Source: Patescibacteria group bacterium (GTDB taxonomy: Bacteria; Patescibacteriota; Patescibacteriia; SG8-24; DYFX01). Taken from it: DNA of 64,000 nucleotides. Numbering within the stretch: position 1 is the first letter of the stretch; every line of letters begins with the position of its first letter. The position numbers were made by a program, and so were the translations under genes. The stretch is from positions 70,111-134,110 of the forward strand of contig JBAZZB010000001.1 of assembly GCA_041659045.1 (NCBI GenBank), read 5' to 3'. The notes below the pieces were generated by a model, which saw only the letters and a program-made list of their open reading frames with translations, was not told the origin of the DNA and did no database searches. Shown piece after piece: positions 51,563 to 60,209 of the stretch.

Positions 51563-52660
51563 TTAGGTCGAGGCTTTGCCGATTTTGCCGTTGCGATCCC
51601 CGACGCGTCCGCGCCGCAGTTGGACCCGGCGCTTGAACTGAGCGCTGAGAAATGCGATGAGCAGGTCGGCCGATTCGGGAAACGGTACGTGGGGTTCGGC
51701 GAGCTGATAGCGCGCGCCGCCGGAGCCGTGCTTGGCGCCGCCGTTGCCTTTGCCGAAGATCTCCTCGATGAACTTGGTGAGGGGCAGCTCCTTGCTGTAG
51801 CTGCGCACCGACGCGCGTACCCAGGCGCCCGTGACGCCCCAGATGACGGTCGTCTCGGCGCCTTCGTTGCGACGCTGACGGTTGGCGATGATCGAGAGCA
51901 GGTCGCCGTCATCTTCCTTGAGGAGGCTGGTCGTGTGCGCGATACGTACGCCGTCGATCACTTCGATCGTGGCGAGGATCTCTCGCTCCAGATCCGAAAA
52001 GTGCGACGGAAGACGGAAGTTGAAGCACGCTTCGAGCAGCTCTTGATCGCCGTCCATCATGAGCCAGGCGAATGTTTCGATGTCCGCCGGACGTACGATG
52101 CCGAGCGTCAGGTGTTCGGTGTCCGAGTGGATACCGACGGCGGCAAGCGTACGGAGCTTCTTGTCCATCGGGACCTTGAGCTCGCGAGCGAGGAGCGTGC
52201 AGAGCGTTGTGGCCGAACCACACGATTCGATCAGATCGAAGCCGTTCTTGATCTTCATCGTCTGCTCGAGATGGTGGTCGACGCGGTAGACAAAGCGCTT
52301 CGGATCGATCTTCACACCGGCACCGAACCGCGAGTCTTCGAGCCGCGACGAATCGACGAGACCGAGCGGCCCTCTTTCAGGCAGCTCGGCGAGCGGTCGC
52401 ATCGTCTTCATCAGCTCCCACTCGTTGTAGAGGAGCTGGTTCTGCGGATGTCCGAAGCCGCCGGCGTAGTAGATCTCGCAGGCCACGCCTTGCGACTCGA
52501 AGAGTGCCTTCGTGACGTGTGCCGCCGCGATGCCGTCCGGATCGATCTGTGCGACGATGATCGAAATCTGTTCTGCCGCCTTCAGCGTCTTGATGAGGGC
52601 TTTGAGTCTCTGGATGTGATCGGGCTTCAAGAGACCGGTCGTGTTTGAATGTGCAGCCAT
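51563..52660 (-). CDS. DHH/DHHA1 family phosphoesterase
   Basis: IDPDGIA, LVDS, VDHH, GIHSDT, C-terminal RASVRS...GGAKHGSGG. GGAGG RBS. Confidence 0.88.
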   Translation of the reverse strand: MAAHSNTTGLLKPDHIQRLKALIKTLKAAEQISIIVAQIDPDGIAAAHVTKALFESQGVACEIYYAGGFGHPQNQLLYNEWELMKTMRPLAELPERGPLGLVDSSRLEDSRFGAGVKIDPKRFVYRVDHHLEQTMKIKNGFDLIESCGSATTLCTLLARELKVPMDKKLRTLAAVGIHSDTEHLTLGIVRPADIETFAWLMMDGDQELLEACFNFRLPSHFSDLEREILATIEVIDGVRIAHTTSLLKEDDGDLLSIIANRQRRNEGAETTVIWGVTGAWVRASVRSYSKELPLTKFIEEIFGKGNGGAKHGSGGARYQLAEPHVPFPESADLLIAFLSAQFKRRVQLRRGRVGDRNGKIGKAST

Positions 52661-52675
52661 GCTTCCTCCGCGGCG

Positions 52676-52713
52676 AGCATACGCCTTTTACACGCCGTGT
52701 CAATGTGCTACAT
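52676..52713. promoter_or_regulatory. overlapping divergent promoters (DHH / CYTH)
   Basis: Minus: TTGACA, 16 nt, TATGCT. Plus: TTTACA, 16 nt, TACATT with an extended -10 TG. Confidence 0.6.
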
Positions 52714-52734
52714 TCGTGCCGGAGGAATCCCAAC

Positions 52735-53271
52735 ATGCAACACATGACGGAAGACAAGGAATACGAAGAGAAGTTCCTGGTACGGCAGGATCTCTTGCCG
52801 CGTACGTTGCTGTCGGGCCTCTCTAGCATCCGACAGGGTTTTCTTTCGCTTGATCCGGTCGTGCGCATCCGTGAGCAAGACGGTGTCTATGTCGCCGAGT
52901 TCAAGGGTGGTGACGATGATGAGATCTTGATCGGGCATCCAACGCCGAAGCACGGCGCGAAGCTGCTCGGCCACTGCGCCGACGTGGCCGGCATCATCAC
53001 GAAAGGACGCGGTCGCATCGAAGCCGGTTTCGATCAGCGCGTGTGGGAACTCGATGTCTTCCGTGGGAAGAATGCGCCGCTCATGGTCGTCGAGATCGAG
53101 AAACCAACCAAGACGTATTCGCTCAAAAAGCACAAAGCGCTTTGGCCGGAGTGGATTGGCAAGAATGTCACGAAGGACAAGCGCTTCAAGAACAAATATC
53201 TTGCCGTGCACCCGTTCTCAACGTGGCCGAAGACCGAACAGAAGAAAATCCTCAGATTCATGGGCGTATAG
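52735..53271 (+). CDS. CYTH (triphosphate tunnel metalloenzyme) domain protein
   Basis: ExExK motif EYEEKFLV, VRIRE, WELDVF, VVEIE, PEWIGKNVT. GGAGG RBS. Confidence 0.88.
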   Translation: MQHMTEDKEYEEKFLVRQDLLPRTLLSGLSSIRQGFLSLDPVVRIREQDGVYVAEFKGGDDDEILIGHPTPKHGAKLLGHCADVAGIITKGRGRIEAGFDQRVWELDVFRGKNAPLMVVEIEKPTKTYSLKKHKALWPEWIGKNVTKDKRFKNKYLAVHPFSTWPKTEQKKILRFMGV

Positions 53272-53351
53272 CCCATTTTTTCTTTGGGGATAACTCAGGG
53301 TTGTGCCTGGGGGTAGAGGCACTATACTAGGGGCACCTAAGGACACCGCAT

Positions 53352-53436
53352 ATGTTGAACCGGACGCAATTCATTGCACGGCACACAGGCGATTTCCGAT
53401 TGGTAACAAAAAGCTCTTCATCGTGAAGAGTTTTTT
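53352..53436 (+). promoter_or_regulatory. putative leader peptide ORF overlapping a terminator-like hairpin
   Basis: TATACT at 53323, AAGGA RBS, 24-codon ORF 53352-53426, stem GCTCTTCA/TGAAGAGT plus a T-tract. Confidence 0.45.
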
Positions 53437-53493
53437 GTATGCTCCTTGACCGGAGTTCCTTCCACCCACGTTGCAGACCAAGAGAGGTATGTC

Positions 53494-54921
53494 ATGGCGA
53501 ACAAGACCCCGCGTGAAGTTGTCGCGGAGTTTGCTGCGCAAGTCTGCGGCAAGCCCCCGAAGACGATTACTCCCGACGAGAAGACCAAGATTCTCGAGAA
53601 GTGCGTGCGGTACAAGATCGGTCGACGGCGCGTGGGCGAATGCCTGCGCGACCTCGGCTACAAGCAGGAGCTCCCCGCGCGCCAGCAGCCGCAGATTCTG
53701 AAGATGATCGCACGCGCCTTCAAGGCCGCGCAGAATCCCAAGAATCGGAACGAGCTGACGCTGCTCAAGGACAAGCTCCTCGCGGAAATCGAAGACGCAA
53801 CCAAGACGCTCGGCATCGCCAAGCCGTCGTGGGATCACGTCCTCGAGATCGCGCGCGGCATCTCGGGGCTTCCTCAGTGGCCACGCGCCACGGGGTTGCC
53901 GCCCGGCCCTCTGTCGGACGATGAACTGCGCAAGCAGCTCACCGACTTCATGGTGCGAGCGCGTACCGAAAAGGAGGTCAAGAAGAAGTACGGTGATCGC
54001 GGCCTCGCGCTGCTCGCCGGACTCGTTCAGACGCCTCCCGCCGGCTTTCGCATGAAGGATGGTCGCAACGAGTGGCAGGAGAAGACGCTCTACCTGGAGC
54101 AGATTCTCGGCAAGCGTGTCGTGAAGGTTGGCAAGCGCGTGTTCGAGATCCGGCACTCCGAGAACGACATCGACTACGTGTCGGTGATCTTTCCGCAGAG
54201 CCTGGATTTCGCCGACTCGCCCGAAGACAACCAGATCCGCATTCTGCCGATCGACACCGTCTGGTACGGAGACCACGGCTGCGACCTCGAGCGTTTCAAG
54301 GAGTACCTCCTGTACATCGAGCGCAAGCCGTACGTCTTCGCCTTCCTGAACGGCGACATCATCGGCGGCAGCGACTACACCAAGGATACGGCGGTGCTTC
54401 GGCGCGCGGAGCTCAAGGAGCTTCTCAAGCCGGTGGCACACAAGATCCTCTGGGCGCAGTCCGGGCCGCTCGAGCGTCGCATGCGCCGGGTCGACGGCAT
54501 CGAGCCTCTGGCTGACGTCTGCAACGACCTCAAGATCCATCACACGGATCGCCCGGTCGGCGCTGACGTCTACTGGAAGATCCCGACGAAGCCGATCGAG
54601 TTCGTCGCTCTGCACGGCCGTTCGCAGGCCCGCAAGGACGGCTCGAAGGTCAACGCCCTGCAAGACATCGTCGTCGGCAACAACTTCCCGCACTTCGTGG
54701 TCCTGGGCCACTTGCAGGAAGGCATCACCAAGAGCTTCACGGTGCGCCGGCGAGATCCGGTCAACCTGACGATCTTGGAGCATACGACGATCGGCATCGT
54801 TTGCCCGGGCTTCCGCAAGCACCGGGGATCCGACGCCGAGAAGAAGGGCTACCCGTCGCCGGCCATGGGCACCGTCGGGTGCCTGATCGGCGCCGACAAC
54901 TCCCACAAGGCCGCGAGCTAG
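53494..54921 (+). CDS. degenerate calcineurin-like metallophosphoesterase with long basic N-terminus
   Basis: Aligns along its length with the next gene. Motifs read DTVWYG, NGD, SGPLE, LHG, GHLQ. Confidence 0.8.
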   Translation: MANKTPREVVAEFAAQVCGKPPKTITPDEKTKILEKCVRYKIGRRRVGECLRDLGYKQELPARQQPQILKMIARAFKAAQNPKNRNELTLLKDKLLAEIEDATKTLGIAKPSWDHVLEIARGISGLPQWPRATGLPPGPLSDDELRKQLTDFMVRARTEKEVKKKYGDRGLALLAGLVQTPPAGFRMKDGRNEWQEKTLYLEQILGKRVVKVGKRVFEIRHSENDIDYVSVIFPQSLDFADSPEDNQIRILPIDTVWYGDHGCDLERFKEYLLYIERKPYVFAFLNGDIIGGSDYTKDTAVLRRAELKELLKPVAHKILWAQSGPLERRMRRVDGIEPLADVCNDLKIHHTDRPVGADVYWKIPTKPIEFVALHGRSQARKDGSKVNALQDIVVGNNFPHFVVLGHLQEGITKSFTVRRRDPVNLTILEHTTIGIVCPGFRKHRGSDAEKKGYPSPAMGTVGCLIGADNSHKAAS

Positions 54922-54929
54922 GAGGACGT

Positions 54930-56030
54930 ATGAAGAACAAGCACGCCTTGATCGAACAGTTGGTCAAGATCTCTTCTCGCGGCCGTCGCGTGGAAGAGAT
55001 CGCTCGCGAGCTTGAGGAGCCGGTCGACAAGATCCAAGCGCTCCTCGAGAGCAAGCCGCGCATGCCGGAAGGTTTCCTGCTCACGAGCTGGAAGGACCAT
55101 CTCGGCATGACGTACTGGCAAGTCCTGGCACCCGAAGCGCCGCCGCCGAAGATCGAACCGCGCGCGTACCGCTACGTCCGTTCGAAGGACGAGGCCTACC
55201 ACCGCGTGTTCATCCCCGACGACATCGTCGACGAGAACGGACGTCCCGCGAAGTACATCGAGCTGTTCCCGTTCTCCGACGTGCACTACGGGCATCGTCG
55301 CTGCGACAAGGGCAACTTCATGCGCGACGTGAAGGAAGTGGCGCGGCGGCCCAACCGCTACGGCTTCCTGAACGGCGACAACATGGAGATGTCTCTTGGC
55401 GACAGCGCTGGCGGTGCCGCGTGGGCCGAGCAGGACCTGACGCCCGAAGAGCAGCGCGAGAAGTCGGAACACATCTACCGGCCCATCGCGCACAAGCTCA
55501 TCGTGGCCCGTACGGGCAACCACGATGGTCGTCCGGGACGCAACGGCTCCGGCATGAATCCTCTGAAGGAAGTGTGCAAGAGCCTGGGCGGCATCCCGTA
55601 CTTCAACGGACCTTCCAACATGGACGTCATCTGGAGGGGGTACAGCTGGTCTTTCTTCATGAAGCACGGTACGGGGTCCTCGAACACGGCTGGCGGTAAG
55701 CTGAACACCGCCGGACGCGATCGTGGCTTCACCGACTTCCGGAACTTCTTCATCATGGGCCACGTCCACGATGAGATGTCCCACAAGGTCGTGCGAAAGG
55801 TGCGTCGCCGTGTCTATGACGCGGATGGCAAGCTCCAGCGCTTCTGGGAGGAAGAGCTTCGTGAGTACAAGGTGATCTGTCCGTCGTACCTGCTCTACTC
55901 GGGTACGTACGCGGAAGAAGCGGGGTACAGCCCCGGCAGCCGGAACACGATCGTGATCCAGTTGTTCGCCAGCGGCGACTACCGCGTGGTCTCGAGCAAG
56001 CGTGGACAGAACACGGTGCTCGCCATCTGA
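54930..56030 (+). CDS. calcineurin-like metallophosphoesterase with N-terminal HTH-like region
   Basis: SDVHYG, NGDNME, TGNHD, KHG, GHVH all intact. GGAGG RBS. Confidence 0.88.
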   Translation: MKNKHALIEQLVKISSRGRRVEEIARELEEPVDKIQALLESKPRMPEGFLLTSWKDHLGMTYWQVLAPEAPPPKIEPRAYRYVRSKDEAYHRVFIPDDIVDENGRPAKYIELFPFSDVHYGHRRCDKGNFMRDVKEVARRPNRYGFLNGDNMEMSLGDSAGGAAWAEQDLTPEEQREKSEHIYRPIAHKLIVARTGNHDGRPGRNGSGMNPLKEVCKSLGGIPYFNGPSNMDVIWRGYSWSFFMKHGTGSSNTAGGKLNTAGRDRGFTDFRNFFIMGHVHDEMSHKVVRKVRRRVYDADGKLQRFWEEELREYKVICPSYLLYSGTYAEEAGYSPGSRNTIVIQLFASGDYRVVSSKRGQNTVLAI

Positions 56031-56037
56031 AACGCAT

Positions 56038-56073
56038 AACCCCCCGACATACGTCGGAGGGTTTTTCTTTTTT
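56038..56073. terminator. intrinsic terminator
   Basis: AACCCCCCGAC / GTCGGAGGGTT hairpin plus a long T-tract. Confidence 0.7.
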
Positions 56074-56088
56074 CTGCGTTGGCGTCGC

Positions 56089-56847
56089 TTATGGCGCGGG
56101 CTGCGTGGCGGGTTGGAAACCGGAGGAACCGGTTTTCACGATCGTGAGATCGAAACCGAGATCTTCTTTTACGACGCTGATTAGCGTTGGATTGGTGATG
56201 TTGAAAATATCGCCGCGGCCGCGCGGTTCAAGGAGGAATCCGCCGAAGACGTAGGTTTGTCCGGGGATGGGATCGGCGTTCAGATTTGCGACAAGGGCTT
56301 TTTCGGCAACGATGACTTCTCGTTCAAGGGGCACGATGCCAAAGACGGCAAGACTACGACTGATCCCCACCGTCGCGTCAAACGTGAACGATATGATCTT
56401 TTTTCCCATCAAGGCAGCCTTCACATTACCGTCTGCGTAGGCCAGTTCTGCGGCCGGAGAAAATTCCAGTGTGAGTCGCGTCCAACGTCCATCGGGAATG
56501 CGCTCGCTCAAGACCTTCTGAACGGAGCCTGGCTGCAACATGACACGTTGAACGCCGCTGAAAAACTCTGTCGACGCGCCGGAGGCATCCACAACCGTCG
56601 CTTTGACGAGTGTAAGCTCTGCGCGTGACGCGTTGTCCGGCAACGCGGACGGGGGAGCCAGATAGAGGTTGAGCGCGCTGTTGCGTGCCTTCTCAGGTGT
56701 TTCCGGGGTTGAAATGACGGGCGTGACGGGCGTCTTTTTTCCGTACGGCGGCAATCCAAAACGCGGCGCAATGAACAGGAGCCAGAGAACGGCGCAGGCT
56801 GCGAGGAGCGCGATTGTCAGCAAGAGTGAGAACGTCGAGCGTTTCAT
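56089..56847 (-). CDS. membrane-anchored hypothetical protein (DUF4382-like)
   Basis: N-terminal TM and beta-rich ELTLVKATV, IPDGRWTRLTLEF. TATACT lies 8 nt before the ATG. Confidence 0.7.
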   Translation of the reverse strand: MKRSTFSLLLTIALLAACAVLWLLFIAPRFGLPPYGKKTPVTPVISTPETPEKARNSALNLYLAPPSALPDNASRAELTLVKATVVDASGASTEFFSGVQRVMLQPGSVQKVLSERIPDGRWTRLTLEFSPAAELAYADGNVKAALMGKKIISFTFDATVGISRSLAVFGIVPLEREVIVAEKALVANLNADPIPGQTYVFGGFLLEPRGRGDIFNITNPTLISVVKEDLGFDLTIVKTGSSGFQPATQPAP

Positions 56848-56958
56848 ACGCAAACAGTATATCATGGCGTACCGTCCCCGAACGACGTGCCGCGTCCTTG
56901 GGGAAAAACGTTGTTGACATTCACCCCCTCGGGGACTAAGGTTGGACGGCATTTCCCC

Positions 56959-57999
56959 ATGAAAACAGCTGAATCCGTCACCGAAGGCCATCCCGACAAA
57001 GTCTGCGATCAAATCGCCGATGCTTTGTTGGATGAATATCTCCGTCGCGACCCACGCAGCCGTGTCGCGCTCGAGGTTTTTGGTTCGCACGGAATGCTCA
57101 TGGTCGGCGGCGAGGTGACTTCGCAAGGCGAAGTCGACATCGAAGCGATGGCCAAGCACGTCTACAAGCAGATCGGTTATGACGACGAACTCGAAGTCTT
57201 CGTGAACATCGAACTGCAGTCCGGCGACATCGCGCAAGGTGTCGACGTGGGCGGGGCAGGGGACCAAGGCATCATGTACGGTTACGCTTCGATCGAAACA
57301 CCGAGCTTCATGCCGGCGCCGATCGCGCACGCGCACGCTCTCTCGACGAGCTTGTCTGATTTGCGCCGCCACGATCCAGCCTTCGCCTGGCTTCGGCCCG
57401 ACGGCAAAACGCAGGTTACGATGGATCATGGTCGCGTCACGACCGTCGTTGTTTCCGCGCAGCACGCGCCAGATATCGCGCAGGAAGAAATTCGCGCGCG
57501 CATTATGGAGCGCGTCATCACGCCGGTTATCGGCTCGCTCGACGGTGTCGAAGTCCACGTCAATCCGACGGGCCGCTTTGTCGTGGGTGGTTTCACGGCC
57601 GATACCGGCCTCACGGGACGCAAATTGATGGTTGATACCTACGGCGGCATCATTCCGCACGGCGGCGGCGCTTTTTCAGGAAAGGATTCGACGAAGGTCG
57701 ATCGCTCCGCAGCCTACATGGCGCGCTTTGCTGCTAAGAACCTCGTGGCTGCCGGATACGCCAAGAAGTGCATGGTCTCGGTCGCGTACGCGATCGGTAA
57801 GGCAGATCCTGTGATGTTGACCGCGCGCTCTGAGGACGGACGTGATTTGTCGCCACTTCTTATGAAGTATTTTGACTTCCGTCCGCAAGCAATTATCGAG
57901 CGGCTCGATTTGCGCAAGCCGATTTTCCGCGCCTCCGCGGCCTACGGTCACTTTGGTCGCGATCAGTTCCCGTGGGAACGATTGATCGAGTTGAAATAA
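56959..57999 (+). CDS. metK: methionine adenosyltransferase
   Basis: ESVTEGHPDK, GAGDQG, PDGKTQV, GGGAFSGKD, AAYGHFG. Confidence 0.97.
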   Translation: MKTAESVTEGHPDKVCDQIADALLDEYLRRDPRSRVALEVFGSHGMLMVGGEVTSQGEVDIEAMAKHVYKQIGYDDELEVFVNIELQSGDIAQGVDVGGAGDQGIMYGYASIETPSFMPAPIAHAHALSTSLSDLRRHDPAFAWLRPDGKTQVTMDHGRVTTVVVSAQHAPDIAQEEIRARIMERVITPVIGSLDGVEVHVNPTGRFVVGGFTADTGLTGRKLMVDTYGGIIPHGGGAFSGKDSTKVDRSAAYMARFAAKNLVAAGYAKKCMVSVAYAIGKADPVMLTARSEDGRDLSPLLMKYFDFRPQAIIERLDLRKPIFRASAAYGHFGRDQFPWERLIELK

Positions 58000-58048
58000 G
58001 AGTTCAGGACGCGCGAGAGCGCGTTCTTTGTGATAGAGTGATACTACT

Positions 58049-58894
58049 ATGCGAGCAAAAACATTCTCCTTCTTGATACTTGCCGCGCTCTTCTTGGCCG
58101 CGGCTGGAACAGCGTTCGCTTTTCGCGTCGTGATTCGCGACGTTCTTACCGCGCGTTTCAAGCCGGCTCTGCCTACCGCGCAGCCGTACGTACCGCCAAC
58201 GGAACCGTCGCCGACCCCCGCGCCGGAACCTGAGACGAAACCTGTGCCAACACCCGCGCCGACCCCCGCGCCTACTCCGACTCCAAAGCCTGCCCCGACA
58301 CCTTCGCCAAGCCCGACACCTTCGTCGAAGGGCGTGAACCTCGCCGTGCCGTTCACCTCACAGGCGCCGAAAGCTGACTGGAGCATGCCGTATCAAGAAG
58401 CGTGCGAAGAGACGTCGCTCCTCATGGTCAATGCCTTTTTGTCCGGTGCGGGCGCGTTCACACCAGACACGGCTGATGCGCAGATTCTCGAACTCGTCGA
58501 ATGGGAGAAGACACACTTCGGCTACTACGAAGACACGACCGCCGAAGAAGTGGCGGAGACCGCTCGTGAACGCTTCTCGTATGCGAAATCACGCGCAGTG
58601 AAGATCAAGTCGATCGCCGATATCAAGGCGGTACTCAATCGCGGGTTGCCCGTCATCATCCCCGCCGCCGGGCGGCAGCTCTTTAATCCGAACTTCTCTG
58701 GCGCGGGTCCGAAATATCACATGCTTGTCGTCAAAGGCTATACGAAAGACGGCAAGATTATCACGAACGACCCTGGCACTCGGCGTGGCGCCGACTACGT
58801 GTACGAAGCGGACGTGCTGTGGAACGCGATTCATGATTGGAACGGCGGCGACGTCGACAACGGCGCGAAGATGATGGTCGTTGTCGAGAAATAA
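58049..58894 (+). CDS. C39-like cysteine peptidase with Pro/Thr-rich linker
   Basis: VPFTSQAP, ACEE, YHMLVVKGY, TNDPGT, and PTPA repeats. Confidence 0.88.
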   Translation: MRAKTFSFLILAALFLAAAGTAFAFRVVIRDVLTARFKPALPTAQPYVPPTEPSPTPAPEPETKPVPTPAPTPAPTPTPKPAPTPSPSPTPSSKGVNLAVPFTSQAPKADWSMPYQEACEETSLLMVNAFLSGAGAFTPDTADAQILELVEWEKTHFGYYEDTTAEEVAETARERFSYAKSRAVKIKSIADIKAVLNRGLPVIIPAAGRQLFNPNFSGAGPKYHMLVVKGYTKDGKIITNDPGTRRGADYVYEADVLWNAIHDWNGGDVDNGAKMMVVVEK

Positions 58895-58906
58895 AAAACG
58901 CTTCTT

Positions 58907-59260
58907 TCAGAGAAGCGGAAGAATGGCGAGCAGGTAGAGGTGCCAGCACATGACAAGGGTCTGGATGATGATCGCCGTCAGGAGCAACCTCCAAAACGTG
59001 CGACGATATCCGTGAGGTGCCGCGCGCGTTAGGACGGCAAGCGCGACGGTCAGGCAGACGGCAAGCATCATCTTTCCAATCGAGCCAGCGAACTCGCTGT
59101 GCGCGAACCAGGCGCGCATGACCGGATTTATCTCGCGTCCTCCGTGACGTAAGATGTCGATCGTCGCGAGAAGATCGAAGACATGGAGCTGCATGAGCAG
59201 AACCGCGCACAAAGCAAGTACGATGCGCGAGGGCGGTTCCCAAGCGTTTGCGCTTTGCAT
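58907..59260 (-). CDS. small membrane protein (DUF5658-like)
   Basis: FDLLAT..GGREINPVM, three hydrophobic segments, AGGAG RBS. Confidence 0.7.
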   Translation of the reverse strand: MQSANAWEPPSRIVLALCAVLLMQLHVFDLLATIDILRHGGREINPVMRAWFAHSEFAGSIGKMMLAVCLTVALAVLTRAAPHGYRRTFWRLLLTAIIIQTLVMCWHLYLLAILPLL

Positions 59261-59324
59261 GTTCACTCCTCGGTTGAGAAGTTCCTACGTCCGTGGTATC
59301 ACGGGGCTATACTCACGTCAAACT

Positions 59325-59549
59325 ATGGAAAATCTTACATTCGATCTTGAAGAGTTGTATCAGGCCGTTAAAGAACGCGCGTTGTCCGAGGGCGCCTACG
59401 CACCGGAAGAGTGGAGCGACATTATCGACATGACGCTTCAGGATCGCGAAGAGTTCGCTGAAGTGCACGATGATGAGGAGCTCTCTGCCGTGAAAGAACA
59501 GCTCAAAGCGCGGTACGAGGAGTTCAAGGCTGAGGTCCCGGAAGCCTAG
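59325..59549 (+). CDS. small acidic hypothetical protein
   Basis: 74 aa, Glu/Asp-rich, TATACT upstream. Confidence 0.7.
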   Translation: MENLTFDLEELYQAVKERALSEGAYAPEEWSDIIDMTLQDREEFAEVHDDEELSAVKEQLKARYEEFKAEVPEA

Positions 59550-59591
59550 CCATTGACGTTTGATTGAAAAAAGCGTACTCTGCGTACGCTT

Positions 59592-59667
59592 GGGTCGGTA
59601 GCTCAGTCGGTAGAGCAACAGCCTTTTAAGCTGATGGTCCCGGGTTCGATCCCCGGCCGACCCACCA
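59592..59667 (+). tRNA. tRNA-Lys (anticodon UUU)
   Basis: Acceptor GGGTCGG/CCGACCC, D-arm GCTCAGTCGGTAGAGC, loop CTTTTAA, T-loop GGTTCGATCC, encoded CCA. Confidence 0.97.
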
Positions 59668-59741
59668 GAAAAAGCCTTACTTCGGTAGGGTTTTTTCTTT
59701 TGTCTGAACGGAACGCGTTTCCTTTGCTATACTCAGAGGGT

Positions 59742-60206
59742 ATGAACTTCGCTTTCTCGTGGGAATTCCCGGCCGCCGTCATCGGTGCTATCGCGGTTTC
59801 GATCGCGACCTTGGCGATCATCGTTGCGATTGCTCGAACGCACCACGGACCGACGCACACAGAACTCGCGTTGTTGGGAGTCTTGGCTGTCGTCAGCGTT
59901 TGGACGTGGAACACGCGTCTCGTGCTCGCTCAAAGATTTTTTCCTGATACGACGGGCGTTGTCGAAGAAAGCGTCGCGCTCAATCTTTTGAATCACAGTG
60001 ATTGCGCGGCCTTTGTCGCGCAGACGGGATTAGGAAAAGACGACGGTGCGGTTTGTGCCGTTCGTGTTTTGAGCGCACGCGGGCGATACGTGTCGACGAA
60101 CGCTCCTCGCAAATCATTCGAGTCACCATGCGACATCACACCGAATGAGGAAATTCGTCTGTGGTCGTTCGCTGTCGGTTCGCTTCGCGATTGGTGTTCT
60201 CGCTGA
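59742..60206 (+). CDS. hypothetical membrane protein
   Basis: Two TMs then a Cys-containing domain. TATACT lies 8 nt before the ATG. Confidence 0.65.
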   Translation: MNFAFSWEFPAAVIGAIAVSIATLAIIVAIARTHHGPTHTELALLGVLAVVSVWTWNTRLVLAQRFFPDTTGVVEESVALNLLNHSDCAAFVAQTGLGKDDGAVCAVRVLSARGRYVSTNAPRKSFESPCDITPNEEIRLWSFAVGSLRDWCSR

Positions 60207-60209
60207 GTG

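Noticed and set aside
53277-53330. Replication origin suggested by a DnaA-box-like sequence
   Set aside because: Only one near-consensus box is visible, with no AT-rich unwinding element and no dnaA/dnaN nearby.
53371-54906. 511-aa antisense ORF (also 51536-52648, 16770-17849, 24034-25239 and similar)
   Set aside because: These mirror-frame ORFs lie opposite well-supported genes with GC-rich codon bias and show no motifs.
56848-56958. SAM riboswitch upstream of metK
   Set aside because: The promoter (TTGACA 56914, TAAGGT 56937) leaves only about 10 nt of leader, too short for an aptamer.
56089-57660. 523-aa minus ORF overlapping metK
   Set aside because: The N-terminal half is antisense to metK. 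The real gene begins at ATG 56847 after a TATACT box.
58190-58325. Short tandem repeats resembling an array
   Set aside because: They encode the in-frame Pro/Thr linker of the C39-like peptidase. They are not CRISPR repeats.
59592-59700. tRNA-Lys as an integration site for an island or prophage
   Set aside because: No integrase and no duplicated tRNA 3' end were found in the window.
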